The notes beneath the pieces were generated by a model. It did not search any database. It was given only the letters and a program-made list of their open reading frames with translations, and was not told the DNA's origin. The translations under genes and the position numbers were made by a program. A stretch of 64,000 bases of DNA from Setoptus koraiensis (Eukaryota; Animalia; Arthropoda), in contig CM106586.1 in NCBI GenBank assembly GCA_048013815.1, forward strand, positions 12,214,001 through 12,278,000, in the 5' to 3' direction. Of the stretch, positions 59,370-64,000 are shown piece after piece. Each line of letters begins with the position of its first letter. The first letter of the stretch is position 1.

Positions 59370-62300
59370 TCATTGATTTTTATTACAACGATAATAGTAG
59401 AAGCTGTTGTTGTCGGCGCCGTTGCTGGACGCATAAGCCGACGACTTGAGCTTGTCATCTTCTGTTAACAGTAAATTACCATAAATAGCCACAGATTTGA
59501 CCTGGTCACGGTGCTGATTTTTAGCTTGAGGAGAGTTGCCTTGGTTGCCGTTGGCGGCCAAGGCAGATATGGGATTGTTTTTGTTGGCGTTGCCATTAGT
59601 GTAATGCGCGTCAATATATTGGTACGTGTGATCGAGATCATATATATCGCGTTGTGGATCACGTTGGCCGGTTGCACTGCTAAATTGATTATATGGGCCA
59701 ATTATTTTTTCATTTGCCGCTCTAATGGCCGCTTGATACGAGGCCGGCTGATTGCCAGTGGCGCCTCTGGTGTGTTGTTGAGTGTACGCTTGTGATTTGT
59801 GTTGCTGTTTAGCGGTGGTTGGTGGCCTAGTTATTGTTGTTGTGAGGCCAGTTGCTTGGGGGCGCTGTTGGTCGGCCAAAACACTCTGAGCCAGATAGTG
59901 TCGCATGAGATCATCTGCCAATTTCAGATCTGCCATTCGCTGCTGCTGCTGCTGTTTGGGTTGCTGATGTTGTTGCGTATTTGCGGCATAATGGCCGACT
60001 GGCGGCGCTGTATTGGCGGTATCGATTTTGGTTAGTGGCTTGGCAAGAGTGTTTTGCTGGTTCGGTTGTTGTTTGTTGTTGCGCTGATCTGTCATGGGCA
60101 TGCCGTCAGCGAGATCATCATTTGCACTTGTCGCGGTCGTCCTGTTCGACACCAACAACAGACCGGCGTTCGGCTGCTGCTGCTGACCGTTCGGCTGCTG
60201 CTGACCGTCGGCCGGCGCTTGACCGGCCGCCGTCTGCAAGTCTATCAAAGTAACGGCACTGCAGTGGTCATTTACATTTTGTCGCTGTTGTTGTTGCCGT
60301 TGTTGTTGTTGCCGCTGGGCGAGGGCCCCTTTCATTAGCATTGCCGGCGACAAGTTGCAGCTTATTAGCGGCGGCGCTGGCGCGCCTGTCGAACCCACTG
60401 ACGGGAGGTGTGGCGGCTCGCCGTCCGCGCACCCTATTGGTGACAGATGGCTTAGGCCCGGGAAAAAATTGCCCGCCACAGACCAGTGGTCAGCGGCACC
60501 CGCGACAGCAGGAGGGCCCGAGCTGCTGGCGTTGACGTGCTGGCCCGAATTGGGGCCGCCACATTTGTCAGCGCCGCCGTTATTATTATCGGCGGCGGCG
60601 GCGCTATTAGCAGCGCCGCGATATTTGCTGATAGTTGCACTAGTGGTGCCAGTGGCACCCGAATTGCTGTCCGAAGAGCACGAGCCGGCCCCACAATGGT
60701 CGCCGCTGGCTGGGGCCCCAATGGCGCCCGCACCAACGCCGGCGCCAGCGCCAGTATTAGTGCCAATATTATCACAATATTCTAAATCATTACATATTAC
60801 ATCATAGTTGGCATAATGATCATCGGTATCGTCATCGTCGTCGTCGGCGTCGTCGTCGTTGTTGTTGTTGTCGTCTCTTCCACTACCTAGAAATTTCATT
60901 TGTTCCGCTGTGTTTGGCGCGTAGATGTCGCGGCACATCGTGGACGACTTTAAGCCGGCCCCATTCGAGTCACTCCTCTGCACCACTAATGATGCAGCTC
61001 CGGCTGGCGCGGGTTGCTTGGCCGTTGCCTTGTAGCGACGGCGCTCTTTTAATTTGAGCCAATGAAATGACATCAAATTTGTCAGCACAGCCCTAATATG
61101 ATTTGGGCCGCCTATAATATCATTATCATGGTTGCAAGCCGCCATGAGACTTCGACGGGGCCCGCCACAGTGGCCAATGGAGGCCGTGCGATTGTAATGA
61201 TGAGCATAGTTCGATAGATTTTTGTCTTGCTCGATTTCGATTCGTTTTCGATTACCATTGGCGCGATTATGCGAATCAATAGTGTGCGCACAAACGCTAC
61301 GATTTGATGAGGCGGAACTAGATGAACTAGAGCAACTACTACTCATCATGGACGATGATGATATAATTTTGGCCACTAATGAAGATGACGCAATTCTATT
61401 GCGCGCACTATCTCTCTTGTCTAATCGAGACAACTTGCTTTTACAACAAACGGTGCTGCTTTTGTTGGAATTTGTTTTCATTTTGTTGTTGTTGTTGCTA
61501 TTACAACAACTGTCGTTGTTGTTACGCAACTTGGCCTCATGGTAATGATGATGATTATTATTATTACCGTTATTATTACCATTATTACGCAACGACGACG
61601 ACGACAACGAAAAAGAAGACGTCTGCTCGGTTGTTTCGCCACTGTATTCAGCGGACGGTTTTGTTGCTGTTGCCGTCATTGTATCTGTATTTCTTTGTTG
61701 TTGTTGTTGCTGATGCTGCTGCTGTTGTTGTTGTTGTTGCAACATCGGCGGCAGTTGTTGGCCATTGTAGTAGATGCTGTTGCTGTTGGCGGTGGTGGTG
61801 GTGGTGGTGCCGTTGATTCGGTGCCACACTGCAGCCGCTCCAGTTCCGACCAAACTGCTGGCAGTCGTTACAGTTGTTAGCTGCGGGACGCCCGCCGACG
61901 ACGAATACAATGACGACGACGAGAATTGTCCTGGACTTGTATGTGTCTTGATGCGTGAAACTAAGTTTCCTGTTGCAACTACTTGTTTCTTGTTGTTTAT
62001 AGCCATCGAAATCATTGATATCAACATAATAAGCACTATAATGAACATTAGAATTGAAATGGATACAATTAAATTATTGCCCAGTTGTCCTACTTGGCCG
62101 CTGTTGGGGTCCGTGGCGCCCATGTTGCTGGCAATGTTGTTGGCGTTGCCGGCGTTTGTGGCCAGGGTGCCTATCGGCGAGTGGCCAGGCAGCGTGTAGT
62201 TTTTATTATTATTATTGTTAATATTAGTATTATATTGTTGTTGCTGGTTAATATAATCTTGCGCTGCGGTACCTAGAAACTGACGATGATCTCTGGGATA

Positions 62301-64000
62301 GGGATCGCGCTGGTTCGTTAGCAGCCAGGCGGGCAGCGAGCCCGCCGATATAATGGCGTCATTGTTGCTGCTGGCCTCATTTGTTGTTGTTGTTGTTGTT
62401 GCTGTTGTCGGGCTTTGTTGAATGGCGCCGGTTGTTTGGCGCATTAGAGAATTCCAGAGTTTTCTACCAATGAGATGATTATCGTGGCCGCTGTGATGCC
62501 GCTGCTGCAGCTCGTAATCAATTTGTGATTTAGAGCGTTGCTGTTGTTGTTGTTGCACCGTTTCCAACTGGTTCGCGGACGGGGGCGCCAATTCCGACAA
62601 CTCCGCAGACAACCAACCAATTGGCTGCTGCTGCTGCTGATTAGATCGATCAGGGGTGGCCTCAATAGAGGACGACGACGGCGAGGATAAGCTATGCGGG
62701 CTGTGACCATTCAAGTGGTGATGGCGATAAGCAGACAGCAGTTGCTTTGTTTCTATAGATGACGGGGCCCTTGCAGATAATGGCCAGCTTTGATAAGTGC
62801 CACTGCCAGACAAATAAGTCGGCTGAATAGAGGAAGATGTAGATTGAGTTGGAACGCCGCCGCCGCCAGAATTATCCAGATAATCACCAGCGGCAGCATC
62901 GTTAGGGGCGCCACTTGATTGGTGTTTGTCATCAGCGGCGATGCTGGCAGTGGCGCTGCTAATCCTATTGTGGTTGTTATTGTGGCTCATTTTACTTGTC
63001 GTGGTCGTTTTTGCAGCAGTTAGCTGGTGCTTGGCATTGTTGTTGGCGCTGTAATCACTATTATCACTATCGGTATCTATCATTCTGTTATTGGAAGTCG
63101 CTTGAAAAGAATACGAAGAGGAGCGCTCGTTGAAATTGCTGGAATTTGTCTCGGGTTGACTGTCACTGGCCGGGCTCGGGCTGGGGCTGGGGCCCGAAAG
63201 CTTCGAAAGATTATTACTGTTGTTGCTGTTATTATCATTATATCCCAATTTATCTCGATTTTCGCCAGACTCTGGCGTCCCGTGACCAGACTGGTCGGGC
63301 CCACTGTTGTGCCTCCAACTGGTCGGATTTGCCTGTTGTTGTTGCTGTTGTTGTTGGGCCGTTGTTGCTGGCCTGTCATGCTTGCCGTTATCTGGAGCAC
63401 CACTTGAGCCGAGCACAGAAAAATTGGGCGCTTGTTGTTGATCGACAATGTCGGACGACAATGTCATTATTGGCGAATCATCATCGTTATCATTGTTTGT
63501 GGTCGCTGTTGAATGCACTTGACCAGTTGCAGTGGACTGGCCCATCTCATTTAGATGAAAACTTTTGTCGTGGTTGTTGCACAACATGGCATGCCTATAA
63601 TCATAGCGATCCAATGACGCAATTGGTTTGTTTTGTAGCTCTAGTGGCTGCCGGCAGACAATATTATCGCTGTTGAATACAACGACATTGTTATTATTAT
63701 TATTATTATTATTGCCTTGTGTGACTGAATGCTGAACGCTCATGATGGGCTCATTTATTTGGCCCAACAAATTAGTGCCGGCCTGAATATATTGAGAATA
63801 AATAGGCATAAATTGACGCTGATATTGTTCGTCGTTCATTTGGGGCGTCTGTCTCCTCGGGACCCTTCGCAGCATCTTGTGCAGCCACCAGAGGTCGCAA
63901 GTGCAATTGAACGGGTTATTTGTTATGTCGAGAAAGTGCAATTGGGACCAGGGAAACAGTTTATCACTTAAATGGGACAATTGATTGTTTCGCAACGACA
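59370..64000 (-). CDS. Leucine-rich-repeat single-pass transmembrane protein, Tartan/Capricious-like (5' end outside the window)
   Basis: The frame is open at the window edge (..SLRNNQLSHL, LRR consensus). It continues FPWSQLHFLDITNNPFNCTCDLWWL ... IVCRQPLELQNKPI...C (LRRCT), a TM helix LIVSISILMFIIVLIMLISMISMAI at 62072-61998, and a low-complexity cytoplasmic tail of about 875 aa. Confidence 0.85.
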   Translation of the reverse strand, partial: SLRNNQLSHLSDKLFPWSQLHFLDITNNPFNCTCDLWWLHKMLRRVPRRQTPQMNDEQYQRQFMPIYSQYIQAGTNLLGQINEPIMSVQHSVTQGNNNNNNNNNVVVFNSDNIVCRQPLELQNKPIASLDRYDYRHAMLCNNHDKSFHLNEMGQSTATGQVHSTATTNNDNDDDSPIMTLSSDIVDQQQAPNFSVLGSSGAPDNGKHDRPATTAQQQQQQQQANPTSWRHNSGPDQSGHGTPESGENRDKLGYNDNNSNNSNNLSKLSGPSPSPSPASDSQPETNSSNFNERSSSYSFQATSNNRMIDTDSDNSDYSANNNAKHQLTAAKTTTTSKMSHNNNHNRISSATASIAADDKHQSSGAPNDAAAGDYLDNSGGGGVPTQSTSSSIQPTYLSGSGTYQSWPLSARAPSSIETKQLLSAYRHHHLNGHSPHSLSSPSSSSIEATPDRSNQQQQQPIGWLSAELSELAPPSANQLETVQQQQQQRSKSQIDYELQQRHHSGHDNHLIGRKLWNSLMRQTTGAIQQSPTTATTTTTTNEASSNNDAIISAGSLPAWLLTNQRDPYPRDHRQFLGTAAQDYINQQQQYNTNINNNNNKNYTLPGHSPIGTLATNAGNANNIASNMGATDPNSGQVGQLGNNLIVSISILMFIIVLIMLISMISMAINNKKQVVATGNLVSRIKTHTSPGQFSSSSLYSSSAGVPQLTTVTTASSLVGTGAAAVWHRINGTTTTTTANSNSIYYNGQQLPPMLQQQQQQQQHQQQQQQRNTDTMTATATKPSAEYSGETTEQTSSFSLSSSSLRNNGNNNGNNNNHHHYHEAKLRNNNDSCCNSNNNNKMKTNSNKSSTVCCKSKLSRLDKRDSARNRIASSSLVAKIISSSSMMSSSCSSSSSSASSNRSVCAHTIDSHNRANGNRKRIEIEQDKNLSNYAHHYNRTASIGHCGGPRRSLMAACNHDNDIIGGPNHIRAVLTNLMSFHWLKLKERRRYKATAKQPAPAGAASLVVQRSDSNGAGLKSSTMCRDIYAPNTAEQMKFLGSGRDDNNNNDDDADDDDDDTDDHYANYDVICNDLEYCDNIGTNTGAGAGVGAGAIGAPASGDHCGAGSCSSDSNSGATGTTSATISKYRGAANSAAAADNNNGGADKCGGPNSGQHVNASSSGPPAVAGAADHWSVAGNFFPGLSHLSPIGCADGEPPHLPSVGSTGAPAPPLISCNLSPAMLMKGALAQRQQQQRQQQQRQNVNDHCSAVTLIDLQTAAGQAPADGQQQPNGQQQQPNAGLLLVSNRTTATSANDDLADGMPMTDQRNNKQQPNQQNTLAKPLTKIDTANTAPPVGHYAANTQQHQQPKQQQQQRMADLKLADDLMRHYLAQSVLADQQRPQATGLTTTITRPPTTAKQQHKSQAYTQQHTRGATGNQPASYQAAIRAANEKIIGPYNQFSSATGQRDPQRDIYDLDHTYQYIDAHYTNGNANKNNPISALAANGNQGNSPQAKNQHRDQVKSVAIYGNLLLTEDDKLKSSAYASSNGADNNSFYYYRCNKNQ

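Noticed and set aside
59465-63971. Numerous Leu/Val/Cys-rich plus-strand ORFs
   Set aside because: Antisense readings of CAA/AAC/CAG repeats in the LRR-TM gene.
1-64000. CRISPR arrays, operons, tRNA/rRNA genes or a prokaryotic or viral insert
   Set aside because: No repeat-spacer array, cloverleaf or rRNA motif seen; the resolved genes have spliceosomal introns or clear animal orthology.

Overview
Eukaryotic genomic DNA from a compact, short-intron arthropod genome. An acariform mite is my inference from gene content, 70-550 nt GT-AG introns and N/Q/S low-complexity expansions. Splicing was resolved by hand. Left to right: a tetraspanin (-), a Lifeguard/TMBIM gene (+), intronless sorting nexin SNX5/6 (+), and a convergent glycoprotein-hormone pair GPA2 (+, 4 exons) and GPB5 (-, 2 exons). 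Next is a tandem array of six divergent gustatory-receptor-like 7TM genes (+); five are complete 3-exon genes and one is cut by a 500-N gap. The gap is followed by about 5.4 kb of G/T-skewed, probably artefactual sequence that ends in an orphan ABCA C-terminus. Further right are a hAT-type MITE, mariner and Mutator-like relics, a large secreted Pro-rich then Asp/Glu/His-rich orphan protein (-), and the 3' part of a Tartan/Capricious-like LRR transmembrane gene (-) that runs off the window. Most notable findings: (1) both hormone subunits keep all 10 cysteines but are greatly enlarged (GPA2 322 aa with about 186 aa in loop 2; GPB5 638 aa with a signal-anchor-like segment and furin-type sites); (2) the TMBIM protein has lost both aspartates of the di-aspartyl pH sensor; (3) the GR-like proteins are oversized (557-627 aa), with a large variable intracellular insert and an SG..QF rather than TY..QF TM7 motif. 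I recognised no tRNA, rRNA or CRISPR array.
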